From: Macrostomum lignano
Taxonomy: Eukaryota
Assembly (NCBI GenBank): GCA_002269645.1
Contig: NIVC01000264.1
Coordinates: 62,001 to 126,000, forward strand
Reading direction: 5' to 3'
Length of the DNA: 64,000 bases
Shown here: in pieces, positions 26,299-41,690 of the stretch
How the letters are laid out: each line of letters opens with the position of its first letter
Numbering within the stretch: position 1 is the first letter of the stretch
Program-made: the position numbers and the translations under genes
Notes under the pieces: model-generated
What the model was told of the DNA's origin: nothing
The model's input: only the letters and a program-made list of their open reading frames with translations
Databases searched by the model: none

Positions 26299-29200
26299 CT
26301 GGAGAAGAAACGAGAAGAATTTGTTATAGGCGGTTGATAAATAAAGACGATAAACAGGGCCCCATACTGGAAATTGTGACGTCAGACTTAGAGTACGGAA
26401 AAAACAAAAGGATAAGTGAACCCCGACAATTGGTGCCAAACTGAAGAAGGATTGAGAGGCTGAGGCGTTGAAATGGGATGATTAAGAACAGCTAAACACA
26501 GGAGATGCGTTTTCTATAACGGCAGTTGCGCAATCACAGGTGTCATTTTTGGCGCTAGAAAAGCTCAAGCATCCGCTCCAACTCCACCCGATAATAAAAA
26601 ATTTCCAACGCGAAAGAAAGAGTTCCTTTCAGCTCTAGTCTGCGGACGCAGCATCATGTTTCTCCACCTGTTTAGCTTCAGGTGAATAATAGGTGGGCCG
26701 TGTTTGTCATGCTATTCACAATGCGCGGAAGTGGATACAGGAAAATTGTCTCCCCTTTTCGCTTTCAAGAAGACAGCTGCTTTTGCTAAAACTGCAACGA
26801 GCCGCGGGACTGGTTGGTTTCGGTTTGCTGGGAATGAAAAGCTCTCCTTTCTCCCTTCCAAACGACTGAGTCACGATCAATCTCTTTACTTCTTTTGTTT
26901 GAGCAGCGTCCTTGCCTTGAGCACTCAGTTCCAGTCGCCAGTATGTGCTCAGACTGCTTGAGGCCTCGAGGGAGGCTGCAAAAATCCTTTTTTGGATGGG
27001 ATCAGAGAAGAAAAGAAGAGAGGATGTGGAGGCTGTGGTGAAATGTTTCCGAGGCCCCATAGGGTGTTTTGTCACCTCCCCCAGCTTGACACTTGTCCAC
27101 GCCTGGCGGCTCGGGGGGATTTTATATTGGGAAGAAAATGGGACGAAGTATCTCGATGGGATATTTTTGAGGATGTTGTGTAAGAGCGGGAAGCGAAAGC
27201 GGACTTGATGAGGAAATTACGTCCCCGTAGTGAGGAGATGATGTGTGAGGGGGGGGGGTTACCAGGGGTGCCCATTCGGACTTCAATATGGGTGTCGGCA
27301 GGCGATGAGTCAAAGCTCCCAGCCTGCAAGGCGGTGTTGCCCCGCCAATTGAATTATCTGTCTCATTGAATTGCGAGCATAATTGCTTCGTCCGCGCCGC
27401 CTTGGACTGCGACCAGTAAGAAGTTTTCAACGAAAAATGGTTTGGGTGAGGGGGAGATTTTGGCGACGTGAGTTTGAAATCCTCAGTAGCTTGAGAACGC
27501 CCCGGCTCCCATTCGATTGAAGTTGACTCAATTCTTGTTTGCCCATCGCGGATGAGCATTGTGGCTCGGAGAAAGAAAATTATCTTCTCTATTTTAGATT
27601 CGGCACGCCCTGTGCGGAGAAAATTTAATACGAAACACCTGACCCGCTCATGGCGACGCGAGTGCGCCGTTCGAGTCTCGAGTCTTTGCCAGCCCTTGTG
27701 CAGATATCTAATTCTCATCTTTACAAGCCTTTCATTCAAGGTTTTGTTAATGCCCCGCTTTTTGAAGAAACAACCCTGCTCAAAAACAAGGCTCAGGCCG
27801 CGGGGCCTCCCTAGCATTTATTTCTCAATCTACCTTTGTGACGTAATGCGAGCACGGCGGTGCCCTGGCGGGAGACCTGGATGGAAGACAGATTGACAAA
27901 GACGCGCCGCCGCGTCGCCCGCATGGATGCTAAAAATTCTTGAGCCCAGCTCAGGTTCAACATCTGGGAGACCGACAGGGGGCCGTGCGTTGTCTATTAT
28001 TATTGTGTATGATTATTTGCTTCCGATAGTATGGTGATTTTAGGATATGCCATGCTATTGCTACGCCTTGATAAACGACTCGAAGAACGCCAAGGGAGAC
28101 ACGTGCTATCGATATAGTTTAGCGGCAGTGAATGGCGGATAGCTCACTCACAGATGGTTCCACTGGAAGTATCAGCAGGGGCTTCGCGTTTTAATGTCAC
28201 GAATTGGGTTACTCGTATTCCCAGACATTAATTTGTTATTTTTAGCGTCTTATAGTGTTTAGGATCTCTGTCGGTCCGGTTATTTCTTTTAGGTTTATTG
28301 CTTGTGCCTCTACGTCGACACATCAGCTTGGCCGCAATGTGCATGAATTTACTTAATGTACATCTGCCACAGTCCATGTACATTAAATAATCGATAGCCT
28401 AGTCAGTCTTTTCATGACTAAGTGTACGTATAGGGGTAGAAAAATAACAAGCCAATCACGATGTGTGTACATTTCTCTCTGCCTCTTTTTAGATACTGAC
28501 AACGTACATTGAATCAACTTATTTAGTCCAATTAAATAAAAACAACCCGTTCAGGATTTGTGTACACTGTAAATTACTTGTAATACTTGTCTGCCTCTTT
28601 CACGAGACTGACTAAATGTAGATTTTAATTTTCACCCGATTCAGTCAAATCAGTACATAATCACACACCCACGATGTGCGTACATTTGTCTCTCCTGGAT
28701 CGGATCGATAATTCAGTCAACTAAACAACGTACGCTCGTCATTGATAAGCTAGTGCCGATTGTTCAGTTTAGTTAACGTTAGTAGTGAATTAATTATAAA
28801 GTAGCAAAGCGCTCTACAAAATCAAGAGATTGCGCCCCTGGTTGTATAATGTGTTGTATACGTATGTACACGCAGACTTTTTTATTGCCCCGTTGGTTCG
28901 GCTTGCCTTTCCTATCGCAATAAAACGAACAACAAACATGCCAGCCAAGCCAGCCGGACCCCTTTTAGCGCTGCCCTTGCCCTGCGAGGGCCTGGGCTCA
29001 ATAGGCGATAATTTGTCTAGCAGGTACCAGGTATTGTGCGAATTACAATCCCGCCCCGGGCCCGGGATACCTTGGCTTGGCCTGGGTCAAAGTCAAGCCT
29101 GCCCAATAGTTTTTTTCGCTTGCTAAAAACAGAGAAATAAGTCCAGTGAGTCACACGCGCAGTCGACTTTCCAGGGGGGGGGGCTCCTAAAATCGGCAGC

Positions 29201-30959
29201 GGCAGCAGCTAAACGGGCTTCAACCTCTGGAAGAGTCTGTCTAGACGGACTGTTTCAGGCCTGCAAAGCAGCACCGCCTCCGCCCAGGCCCAGCCAAATC
29301 CTCCATTTATTCATTCAGCAATGGATATATTATATACAGAGCCGCGGCAATGGATTGAATTGTCAAGCTGCTGCACCAAGACGGCTTTAGTTATTTATTT
29401 ATGACCGCACAGCCAACCTTCCTAGTGGCCCTTATAGTGAGGGGCATTTGGCTAATCTTAGCTTCCCAACCAAAGTGAGGGGTGAAGTTTGGGAGAAAGA
29501 CAAATACTGTGCTTGCTGGCAAAGAGACGAACGATAGAATGAGAGAGACGAGGTGAAAATTATTATTTGGGAGAAATATCCCAATCCCAAGTGTAAAATG
29601 CGGGCGCGAAGCGATGTTGGAGACAGACAGGGCAAGCTAACTCTCAGACAAAGATGAAGCGATGCAAGACGCTTGGTGTGTGCAGCTCGTGACTCAGCCA
29701 GGAATTGAAAAAATATATATTGTTGGCAAAAATTCCACTCTTTGACTCAGCTAAGCTGCAATGGGGTCGGATGGGCTTAAGAAGAATCCTTAGGATACAG
29801 TCGCTTTTTGTCGACAGGGCACTGTGGCTACACTTGGGATAACTTCGGGCTTCCTTTTCTTCCCCGCCTCAGCTTCTGCGACTGTCTGGCCGCTGCCGCT
29901 TTGGGGAGTTGCGCGACCCAGACAGAGGGGGTGGAGGGGGTCTGAGAGAGGGAAGAGGTTCGTGCGTGCCGCACTTCGCAGCGGGGATTGGCGACAAAAC
30001 TTCTTGGCCACCACACGAGAGCCACTTCCATTCCGAATCCTCCGGTTTTCGATTCCTGCCTTGCGCTCGAAGCCCCCCCCCCCAACACACAAGGAGACTT
30101 TAAACAGGGAACCTGGAGTCTAATCAGTTTAAAAAACAAGCTTAAACCTACACAGCTTTGAGGAAATCTAGAATTATGTTTCAGGACGCCAAAATGAGTT
30201 ACCTGCAGCGCTAAAATGAATGCTTGCGACGCACCAAAAGATAAGCCAAGACAGGTGAAGGCCTGCTGGAGGTTTTAGCTTTCAGCCCAGTTATATATGG
30301 AGACAGTTTTAATATATAAGACACTCATAGAAACCAAGCATGCAAATTGATGTATTTGAGGTAGCAATTGGCAATCCAAATTTAGGTCTACGATCTCCTT
30401 GTTCTCCCGGTCCATCCCCATCCCGGATCCCGAGCCAGACGGAAGTAAGGGGGCTTTCTTATCTATCCGCTTTATCGAGAGAAGGCAGCCTCTTGGCAGA
30501 GCTGGGAGTGCTGTCCTGCCTCCGATCCCACCGCTGAGCCACCCACTTTTAGGACGATTTTAGACTTGGCGCGGTAGTCAAGGGAGCTAAGCGAGGCCGC
30601 TTATCAATCAGAATTGATGGCTAAGTGACACTGCCGTCTGTACACTATACAGCCAGTACTGGCTGGCCCCTCTATCGAATCTTTTTTTACAAATAAACAC
30701 AACAGAGGTTGGAGAAAATATAAACGCCAAGTGTTGACAGGCAGGGAGCGACAGCGGACCCTGGGGAGGGAAGGCGTGAGTGACTCATCCTCGTCTCGAT
30801 CCCTACGAACCTCTTTCTAAAATAATAATATCTTAAATCGGAAGTGATAAAGTGAGCTTTATAAAGAGAACCATGAGAATGCGATAACGCGATAAGAGAG
30901 ATTTGTTGACATATTCTTGAGCTCTGTGAGGACTTCTAATGAAGACGGGAGGGCTTACT

Positions 30960-32891
30960 CATAGAATTCTAGATAACTAACTGGAAGAGAAGGCTCACTT
31001 TTTCGTGGGTCGAAAGCGGACACAACCGGGCCGAGTCATTTTAGCTTGTTTAAACGGCCTGCCTTTCCCTATCTCAGTCCCACTGACTAATCGGGGTTTG
31101 AGGTGGGCAGGCTCTTCACAAGGCTTGGAAGTTTTTTTGTCCTAGACAGGAGAAAAACCCTTCGGAGGGGAAGGAAGATCCCCGGTAAATCAGTGCTGTT
31201 TCTTTGTCTGTGATGCACACGGGGTAACAGGCCCCCCACTTGAAAGCTGAACGCATGCACATTGGGTGTACATTTGCTCGCATGCTTTTGAGGATGCCTT
31301 CTCCACTTCACCCTAAATGAAAAATTTATAAAGATTCGATATGATGCATGCTATATCAGAGACTATAGTCAGAGAAAAAGAATTGTTTATAAATACGCAG
31401 CTTACAACTACAGGTCTGGATCTGGATATGCAACTACAAATAAAAATTCAGCGGTTCAATCTTCAGGAGCAGAAAGCAGAATATTTTCTCATGTGCTTCC
31501 TTTGCATGATTTTCAACTATTTGAAGAGTGGTCGCAACGAATTCGAAGGGTAAACTACCAACCCAGGACAGAATCTCAACTGTTGCACTTTATTGCCACC
31601 GATTTTCACACAACGTCACAAGATTCTTAGTGAGCGCAGGAGAAACAGCGACACTCTGAATAAGGAATGATGGTGTGCCGGTGTGCCTCCATACGCTCGT
31701 ACAACAACAAAATGCGCTGTCAGCCATTCCAGCGAGTCATGGTCACGAGAGACAAGGACAACGTCACACGTTTCAGGGCCTGGGCGCGAACCGCCGGCCG
31801 CACCGCCGGCAGAGTCCGGGGCGCCGGCATTAGCCGGCAAGAAGTCGACGAAACACAGACTGCGCGCCTGTCCCCGCCGGTAGGGTGCCTGCAGCGACAG
31901 CAGCAGCACTTCCTGCACCGGCTGTGGACTTTAGGACTCGGCTCGGATGATGTGGTCTGCCAGCTGGAGTCGTGGACGGCGCAAAAGTTTGCTGGGAAGG
32001 GACAGGCCAGTGCGGCGATAGAGCCCGAATTGGTGACGTGCTCGCAGCCGATCTTAAAGACAGGCCAGCGTGCGCCGCATTGACCTGCTGTTCGAGCGAA
32101 TCCGTCAGTGTCCAGGTCTCGGTGTTGTACAACAGGACGGTCTCGATCACCGCCTTGAACAACGCCGCCCTCTGGCGGTCAGGCAGGGCCTCGGACTGCA
32201 GAACAGCGCTCACGAAACGGAAGGCAACCCAAGCAAGTCCACGGCGACGTACTAGGTCCTCTGGAACATCAAGCACCATGGTCTGCAGACCGCCGAGGCA
32301 GACGAACTGCTGACAGTGCGGAAGCTTCGACACCTGCCTGTCAGCGTCTCGGTGTTCGAAGCACGACGGTCTTCTGCGTGTTGACCCCCAGGCCGACGCT
32401 CGCAGCAACGCTCACAAGCTGGTCCAGCTGGCGCTGGGCGCGTTCGACGGTCGGCAGGAAGAGACTCGACGAAATCGTCGAGTTTGACCGCGATGCATCA
32501 GGTGAAATCGATCGCCGGAAAGTACCGCGATGCAGTGGCGATGGTACCGCGATGCATCTTCTTCATAGATTAGATTAAGTTAAGCAGCTAATTTATGTTC
32601 ATACTATGATTTTTTACTGATCCTATGTGTTTACTTTGCGGCTTTGCAAAAATATTAGTTTTGTTAAGATATGTCACAAATACCTTTAGAGACTCTTAAT
32701 AAGCACTGACTTGTTAATTAAAAAAATAAACTTAAAGAATTAAACATTACTCTTAATAACAGCAGCCAATTATTAGTGAAAACATTAGTGTTGAATAAGG
32801 CAGCCAGAAAACATGCAGGCTCCCACTCGGCCCGGTTGTGTCCGCCCCCCAAAAAAGCCTTCGCTTCCAGTTAGTTATCTAGAATTCTATG
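30960..32891. mobile_element. Non-autonomous TIR element with CATAG...CTATG ends (P-superfamily-like)
   Basis: 28-bp perfect TIR CATAGAATTCTAGATAACTAACTGGAAG plus a second 21-bp inverted block GCGGACACAACCGGGCCGAGT. 7-bp direct repeat GCTTACT at 30953-30959 and 32892-32898. No transposase inside. Confidence 0.85.
31600..32500 (-). mobile_element. Degenerate 5'-truncated RTE-like LINE fragment nested in the TIR element
   Basis: AQRQLDQLVSVAASVGLGVNTQKT and LFKAVIETVLLYNTETWTLT are post-YADD RT and thumb motifs. Several frameshifts; boundaries approximate. Confidence 0.8.
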
Positions 32892-34070
32892 GCTTACTTT
32901 ATTGGCAACTTCATTTGGGATTAGTCATATATCAGAGATTTCATAAATGATAAATTATCCTGCAAGCTGCGCATAGACAGGCAGAGTTAATTGGTTACAT
33001 TCGGCGGTCAATTTCAATGCCAAGCGGATTTGACAACGCTTAGTCAGGTAGTAGTCAGATAATTAGTCAGATTGTTAGACGGAGATACAACTGTTGGTAC
33101 CAGTGTAGCTTCCTGCAGCCTTATGTTCGGCTAAGCACGCGTCATGGACCCTTGGAACAACTTGGATTGGAATGCGACAATTTTATGAATTGAGTTGGTG
33201 ACGGCGTAGAGATTATATTCCATTGTGATGGTCGTCTGGTCTCCAGACTGGAGCTTGAAGCTCCACACCCCCTTGCATATTGCTGAAATATCTGATCACC
33301 TCGTTCGGAGGCTCCAGTCCAGAGTTGTTCATGACACGGGGTCCTTGACATGAACACGAAACGGGATTCCGAAAGCGCCCCTTCCCTCCACCCCTCCCCT
33401 TGTGCAGCCGGCATCGGATGATACGCAGAGTTGCTATGGCATAAATTTGGTCATCCGCCTATCTACGCAATAAGAGGGTATCCCTGCGCCACAGCATTGG
33501 GATGATGCAGCGGGAGGCTGGCGCGGCCAAAACCAGCCAACCCGCCCCCCCCCTTAACTCCGCTTGGCTACTGGAGACGGCGGCCAGAGACGGAAAACCC
33601 TTAGCTGTTTACACAGTTGTCGATTTCTGAGCGAAAGAAGCGTGGCCAGGATGGGTGGCCCCGGAAGAGAGAGAGAGGGGAGAGGATGGGATAAACATGA
33701 CTTCTAGGCTTGAAATCCCACACCGAAGAGGAGCAATGAATAACAGAAAAGCAGGTTTCTGTAATAGTTTTGATGGGTAGCTTAGCGATTTTCCTAACAC
33801 ATGTTGCATGCCCGTATCTCTACCTGAGCCTTGAATTATAGCTGGCCCTGTGTCCATTAGAGGTTATTCATGTTTTGCCTCAATGCCTCAGGGCTCAGGA
33901 TTGGCCTAGGCCTCATAACCTTCTCTATATATATTCTATTATCTGGATTCCTCTCTCATCTGTCTGTATCTCAATCTCAACCTCGCTCTCTCCATCTATT
34001 TCAAATAATCCATTTATCATATTCTCTCCCAATCTTCAAACTAAGATCTCGAGCCTTCTCGAGCACTCAC

Positions 34071-34330
34071 AGATGAAGTAGATCACGGCCGGCAGTAGGA
34101 TGAGCACAAACAGGCAGAGCACGGCTATTGAGCACCGGCTTGAGCAGTGCAAACGCTTCCGGTGGCACTTCTTAGTTGAAGAGCCGCTGCCGTACTGCGG
34201 ATGGTACATCAGCATCTTGCTGGCCGCGCTGGAGTCTCCGCCATCAGGGCCAGATGAGTGCTGCTGGTGGCCGCTGCTGGACGGACCGGGCACAGTGGGA
34301 GACAGCGGCTTGCTGCGGAGGTGGAGGGAG
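34071..34330 (-). CDS. TENM: Teneurin exon 4 (basic juxtamembrane region and transmembrane helix)
   Basis: cccccag|C TCC...KKCHRKRLHCSSRCSIAVLCLFVLILLPAVIYFI T|GTGAGT; 260 nt. Resembles the teneurin C-x-W-K-C plus TM ...AYF pattern. Confidence 0.88.
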
Positions 34331-34399
34331 CTGGGGGATTTAGATGGAGACTGAGAGAGTGGAACCGCTGCTGTGGGACTGGACAGCTATTTGAGATCT

Positions 34400-34640
34400 T
34401 TGATGGTCTGGATTAGGGATCTTTGATGCACTGGATTAGGGATCTTTGATGCACTGGATTAGGGATCCTTGATGCACTGGATTAGGGATCCTTGATGCAC
34501 TGGATTAGGGATCTTTGATGCACTGGATTAGGGATCTTTGATGCACTGGATTAGGGATCCTTGATGCACTGGATTAGGGATCCTTGATGGATTAGGGATC
34601 CTTGATGCACTGGATTAGGGATCTTTGATGCACTGGTCTG
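34400..34640. repeat. 23-bp minisatellite (GGATCTTTGATGCACTGGATTAG)
   Basis: Directly visible. Confidence 0.95.
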
Positions 34641-35198
34641 CTATTAAGGCAGAATCAAAGGTGGCTGAGCTCATTAAAAGAATAATTTCTGTCTACCACC
34701 TACACTATGCATGAAACTGCTAATGCTTGGCTTACTGCTGCTGCCATAGCAATGAATCAATAATTGCCAGAGCTGCATCGCAAGCCCATTAGTCAACTGG
34801 CTATGGAGTGAAGCCCCAGCAGCCTCTCTCACTGCCTGTCTTTCACACGAATTTGAAAGGCGATATCCCAGCCACTCTCACGAATCCTCACTAAGTCATC
34901 AATTTCATAGGCCCCTTTAGGCTCCCCTTCAGCCCGGGTCCTGACTGACCAACCGGGCCGGACCCATTGCCACCTCTGCTACTAGAACCTGCAGGCCATT
35001 CTTCACACCGGACACTTTGATGCGCTCTGGCCATTACGCTCTCGCTTGATTACGCAATCAACACTGAACTGAAACTCCGCACCTGGACTCTGCGTGCTGG
35101 ATATATGCTGATTAATTGACTGTGGTTGGCCTTGAGGATTATGCTCATGTGTTATGCATACAGAGGGAGAATTTCAGAGGCTTCTTTCAGACGCTCAC

Positions 35199-35415
35199 CC
35201 TCGGTTCTCCAGCGACCCGGCCGTGTCGTAGACGCCCTGCCGGCTGTCGGGCCCGCCGCAGGACAGCAGCATGCCGTCCAGCAGCTGCGGGTGGTGCCGC
35301 ATCAGGCTGGTGGTGTTGTTGTTGACGACTCCGCCAGTTCCATGGTAGGGCGGCAGCTGGCCTGCAATGTTTTTAGTGGCACGGGTTTGACAAGTTGGGA
35401 TCTCTACAGAGCCTG
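35199..35415 (-). CDS. TENM: Teneurin exon 3 (intracellular)
   Basis: ttcactcgccag|CA GGC TCT...ENR GG|GTGAGC; 217 nt, phase 1 to 2, matching both neighbours. Confidence 0.7.
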
Positions 35416-36464
35416 CTGGCGAGTGAACCCCCAATCCGCTGGCTTATATACGGACGGACAGAGAGACGAGGAGCAGGAGGTCGCCGAGATCGTGGCATTA
35501 AAAAATCGTCAAGAAGAAATAGGGCGACCGAGCGGGTGAGACAGAAGAGGGACCAATGACGCCTTCAAGATTACTCAAAGCAGTTTTCTCTCCGTTCTGC
35601 TTCTCAACTCTCAGAGGGAATCAGGGAGTGGAAGGGCGAGAGTAGAGCAAAAAAAGCAAGGGAAGAAAAGGAGGGAAATCGATTTGCCGCAGATGCGACT
35701 GGACCTCGATAAAATTGGGGCAGACCTTTGAAAGAGTAAAATGGAGGGGGAGGGCCGCGACTCCCACGGGGGGGGGTCCGCAGAGAGATAAAGCGAATTA
35801 GGAAATCCCCTATTTATTTTATTTCTTAATCCGCCCAGTTCGCAAGCCATTCTCGGCCATCAGTGCATCGGAAATGATGTACGCTTAGTTGAGTACTTTA
35901 GTAACGGCTTACTTATGATATAATGTATGGAAATCTTCACTGATCCTGCTCATAAGTTCAGCATCTTCAGCTCTACATCATCAGTCACTATGGCGGTCTG
36001 CGTCAATCGCTTCAGGTCCTCTGCACTTCCCCCTGGCCTCTGAGCCCAGGCCCTGACTCTGAGATGTTTGGATGCTGTGTGAGCTCCCCAATAAGGATGG
36101 GGTCAGTTCCAGCTTCCTTCTCCGGCTTTCCCATTCATCTTGAGACCATCTCTCCCAGGGAGCCTGTATCCGCTCCGGGCCTGATGAAGCTGTGTCGGAA
36201 CCTCGATATAATTTCCTGAGCTTGATGCGCCCCATCATTTATCCACGTCATTTCATTCGCATTGTTCAAATCCTGCGGTATAAAGTAGCCGGGCCTCTGG
36301 CCTCCGCTGCTGCGGCTCATTCACCGGGAGTTTTGCGGCTACGCTCGGTCAGAAACACGTGCTTTGCCGTCTCTCTTCTCTTCTGTCTCTCTAGCATACT
36401 GCCGTCCCCTCTCCCTCATAATTCTTCTCTTAACTACTCTTTCCCTACTCTCCCTCTCCCTAAT

Positions 36465-36860
36465 CCCCTCTCCCTAACCCCTTTTCCCTAACCCTTCTCC
36501 CTAACCCTTCTCCCTAACCCTTCTCCCTAACCCTTCTCCCTAACCCTTCTCCCTAACCCTTCTCCCTAACCCTTCTCCCTAACCCTTCTCCCTAACCCTT
36601 CTCCCTAACCCTTCTCCCTAACCCTTCTCCCTAACCCTTCTCCCTAACCCTTCTCCCTAACCCTTCTCCCTAACCCTTCTCCCTAACCCTTCTCCCTAAC
36701 CCCTTCTCCCTAACCCCTTCTCCCTAACCCTTCTCCCTAACCCCTTCTCCCTAACCCCTTCTACCTAACCCCTCTCCCTAACCCCTTCTCCCTAACCCCT
36801 TCTATCTAACCCCTCACCCTAACCCCTTCTACCTAACCCCTCACCCTAACCCACTCTCCC
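36465..36860. repeat. 13-bp minisatellite CCCTAACCCTTCT containing the telomeric hexamer
   Basis: Directly visible; the minus strand reads AGAAGGGTTAGGG. Confidence 0.95.
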
Positions 36861-37394
36861 TATCGCTTCCTTCCTATACTTCGTTCGCTCTCTCCTCCGC
36901 TATCAACCTTTTCTCAGTCTCTCATCCTGTCAAGATCATCGTTGCTAGTTTTTCTCTCTTATCTCAAACAAGTCTCTTTTTTCCGTTTCACTGGGAAAGC
37001 GGCACTAATCCACCAAGTTTTTACCTATAGGCGCGCAATTCAAAGCCCCGCCATTCGCTAAGCAAGCAAAACGCAGGCTAAAATCGAGTTCAGACTAATC
37101 CACGGTAGCGAAGATGTCCCGCGGGAATCTGGAACGGCCTGGAAATTTGAATTTATCACCTTTGCTTCCCACCCTCACTTCGCGTGTCGCTTACCGCGAA
37201 ACAAAGCGCAAACGCGGTCATAAAACTTTTACCACTTTGTGTGGCAATCAAATTATATATATTATTATCTCAGCAAAGTGCGTTGAACTGCCTATGATTC
37301 TGATCCCATGATCTGATTTGGGATTCCATCAGCACCTGAGAGACAAAGAAGTAGCGACATTTTGCACCTGAAGCCTGCGTATCACGACCGTCAT

Positions 37395-37401
37395 GTCTGT
37401 G

Positions 37402-37437
<36 letters not shown>

Positions 37438-37616
37438 AGGTCTGCCTGTCTTAGTGTCTGTCTGTCTGTCTGTCTGTCTGTCAGGTCTGCCTGTCTTAGT
37501 GTCTGTCTATCTGTCTGTCTGCTTGCCTGTCTGTCTGTCTGTCTGTCAGGTCTGCCTGTCTTAGTGTCTGTCTGTCTTAGTGTCTGCCTGTCTGCCTGTC
37601 TGCCTGCCTGCCTGCC

Positions 37617-37676
<60 letters not shown>

Positions 37677-37680
37677 AGTC
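37395..37680. repeat. (TCTG)n-based microsatellite
   Basis: Directly visible. Confidence 0.97.
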
Positions 37681-38254
37681 AGTCCGCCAGCGTATATATG
37701 CCTCTCAGTTGATAATTTTAATATAACAATATCCCCACCTTGCCAATCAGTTGGAGTTCCAGATTTCGTGACTCGACGATTCCAGTTTGGCGTGACCAAT
37801 CCCTTTTAGCAATCAATTTTTGCACCCAAAAATAAATTAAAATGCAGGTGTTACTGTCTACAGCGGACTTTTGCAGTCTGACACACTCAGTAAGTAAATT
37901 GGTCCCATTCGCTCAATCCTTGCTCCCGATGGTGCTTTGCGCTGAACTAAATTCTGTGTGAAGTGCTTGCTCTCCCAGCTAGTTCCCTGGTCCAACTAGA
38001 AGTTTTAGTCTCAGAGAAATCGATGCAACCCAGATGTGCAGCAGCTTCCGTGTGTGGCAACCCCCACCACTGCTGGGGCACTTTGACTTGGCAAATATTT
38101 GACAAGTGCGAAGAGGCCCTTTTCCTCCTCTTCTCTGCCCTGTCTGCAGATCCCAAAAATTTGGACCCTTCTGAATATTTTGTACAAAGTGCACCGCTTT
38201 AGGCTGGGACTTTAGTTTTAATCTATACAGCCCCCAGCGCCAGCTGTGTAGCCT

Positions 38255-38662
38255 GATGTGGGGTCATATAGTCTGATGTGGGTCATGCAGTCTGATGTGG
38301 GGTCATATAGTTTGATTTGGGGTCATGTAGTCTGATGTGGGGTCATATAGTTTGATTTGGGGTCATGTAGTCTGATGTGGGCTCATGTAGTCTGATGTGG
38401 GGTCATGTAGTCTGATGTGGGGTCATGTAGTCTGATGTGGGGTCATGTAGTCTGATGAGGGGTCATATAGTTTGATGTGGGGTCATGTAGTCTGATGTGG
38501 GGTCATGTAGTCTGATTTGGAGTCATGTAGTCTGATGTGGGGTCATTTAGTCTGATGTGGGGTCATGTAGTCTGATGTGGGGTCATGTAGTCTGATGTGG
38601 GCTTATGTAGTCTGATGTGGGGTCATGTAATCTAAAGTGGGGTCATGTAGTCTGAGGTGGGG
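38255..38662. repeat. 20-bp minisatellite (GGTCATGTAGTCTGATGTGG)
   Basis: Directly visible. Confidence 0.96.
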
Positions 38663-39252
38663 TCAAACGGGTTCACGAGTACTTTTTAAACCGGCTTCAC
38701 AATGATGTCTGTTCGGGACAATTTGTGATTTTTTCGAATAGCTAGTAAACAGAGTTAAGAGGCCTGCATCCTTCACTTCAGCATATGATGCAGTGCTTTG
38801 GCAGCCAATCTGTTCCAGAGTAACCAGGCAATCAGCTCTGGTCAGGGACACCCCGATTCGCTCTTGTCCTCACCCCTAATGAGCATCGAGATTATCGACA
38901 GGCTCAGTAATGACTGCTTCACATCCGACAGCCTCAATGCCTGCTTGGCAGGGAACAAACTCGAAGCACAAGCTCGAATGCCGGTTCTTCGCTAGCGTGA
39001 ATCAGGTTCAAGTTTAAGAACAAAAGTTTTGTTAATAAACTTTCTTACAACTGTTTCCAGTGCAACGGAACTGAAGCTGCTACCTGGGTTCAAATCTTCA
39101 AAATAACAAATTTTAGTAACTGGCTTATCAGGCAGATCTGCTGGAATCTGATGATTCATTGTAGTGGAAAATTAACTGCTCTGATTCTGATTCTGAAATA
39201 GCGGCTTGGAATAAAAATAGACATACTGACTTCGGGTTTGGCAAGTGGGTTA

Positions 39253-39880
<628 letters not shown>

Positions 39881-40892
39881 ACAGACAGGAACTGCCATGG
39901 GAGAACTCAGTGGGATGCCAGGGAGGAGGATCTGTTCCCACGGCCGCAGAGCTGCAGTCTGGGGGCGCAGACAAAAAGCAGGGGGAAGCCCGGATTGACA
40001 CAGGTGTCTTTTCTCTCAAGAAATTCCTCAAACCTGCGTTTCCCTCGTCTCCAACTCCCCACATCCTCCGCATACTTTTTATGCTCCGCATCCCAACAGG
40101 TTCCCAATCCATTCTCCCAATTCTTGCCAGGGGATTCTCATGACTGCCTACAGCAGCTGGGATAACCCGGCAGCTGGGAGGGGCCTCCTCACTTTCTCAG
40201 ATGAGGCGGAAAACCGATGGAGAAGAAGTCCTGAGACTGCAGACTGGCTATCGGCGCAGATCTGCCATCGGACCTGACAAAATCCCAGTCATGTGTTGTT
40301 CCTCGGGACACTCGGGATAAAACACTTTTTCTGGGATCAGCCCCGACCCCCTCCATCCCCACTGGGAGCGGGGATCAGGTCGCAAAACTAACTGGAAAAA
40401 TCCCACACCAAAGCAATCTGGAAGTGGAAATCCTCGGAAAAAGACAGTTGCTCAGACTTGCGCAGATCAGAAAATGAAATGTGTGACAGCCAGATCCCAC
40501 TCCGGTGGCTGAGTTCTCTGAGCTGAGCAGCGGGCTCAACTGAGCAATATGCCGGCAATATATTTCTCTTTTGCCGGGGCTTTGAGAGTCAGCCTTTATT
40601 TTTTTCTCCCCTTCGCGCCAAGAGGTCGAGTGGCCTTTCAAGGAGGTCAGCGACCCCCGGCCGCCACACCAGCGGGAGCCGCCGCTGATTCAGTCAGTTG
40701 AGCAGTTTGAGCAGCTCAGCAGCTGGGCAGCCAGCGGCCTTGAGTGAGAGGAACCTCTTGGGCGGAGTTGCAAATTCAATAATCCCGGGATTAGCGGGCA
40801 GGAGGGGAGAGCGGGAAGCCGCCTGTTGATTCAACTTTGAGCTGCCAGCTGCTGCATTCCCCATTTCACTGCCCGCATCCGCCTGGCTTGGG

Positions 40893-41690
<798 letters not shown>

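Noticed and set aside
34331-34352. Alternative upstream acceptor for teneurin exon 4 (34352/34351), and acceptor 35440/35439 for exon 3
   Set aside because: Their phases do not match the neighbouring exons in this model.
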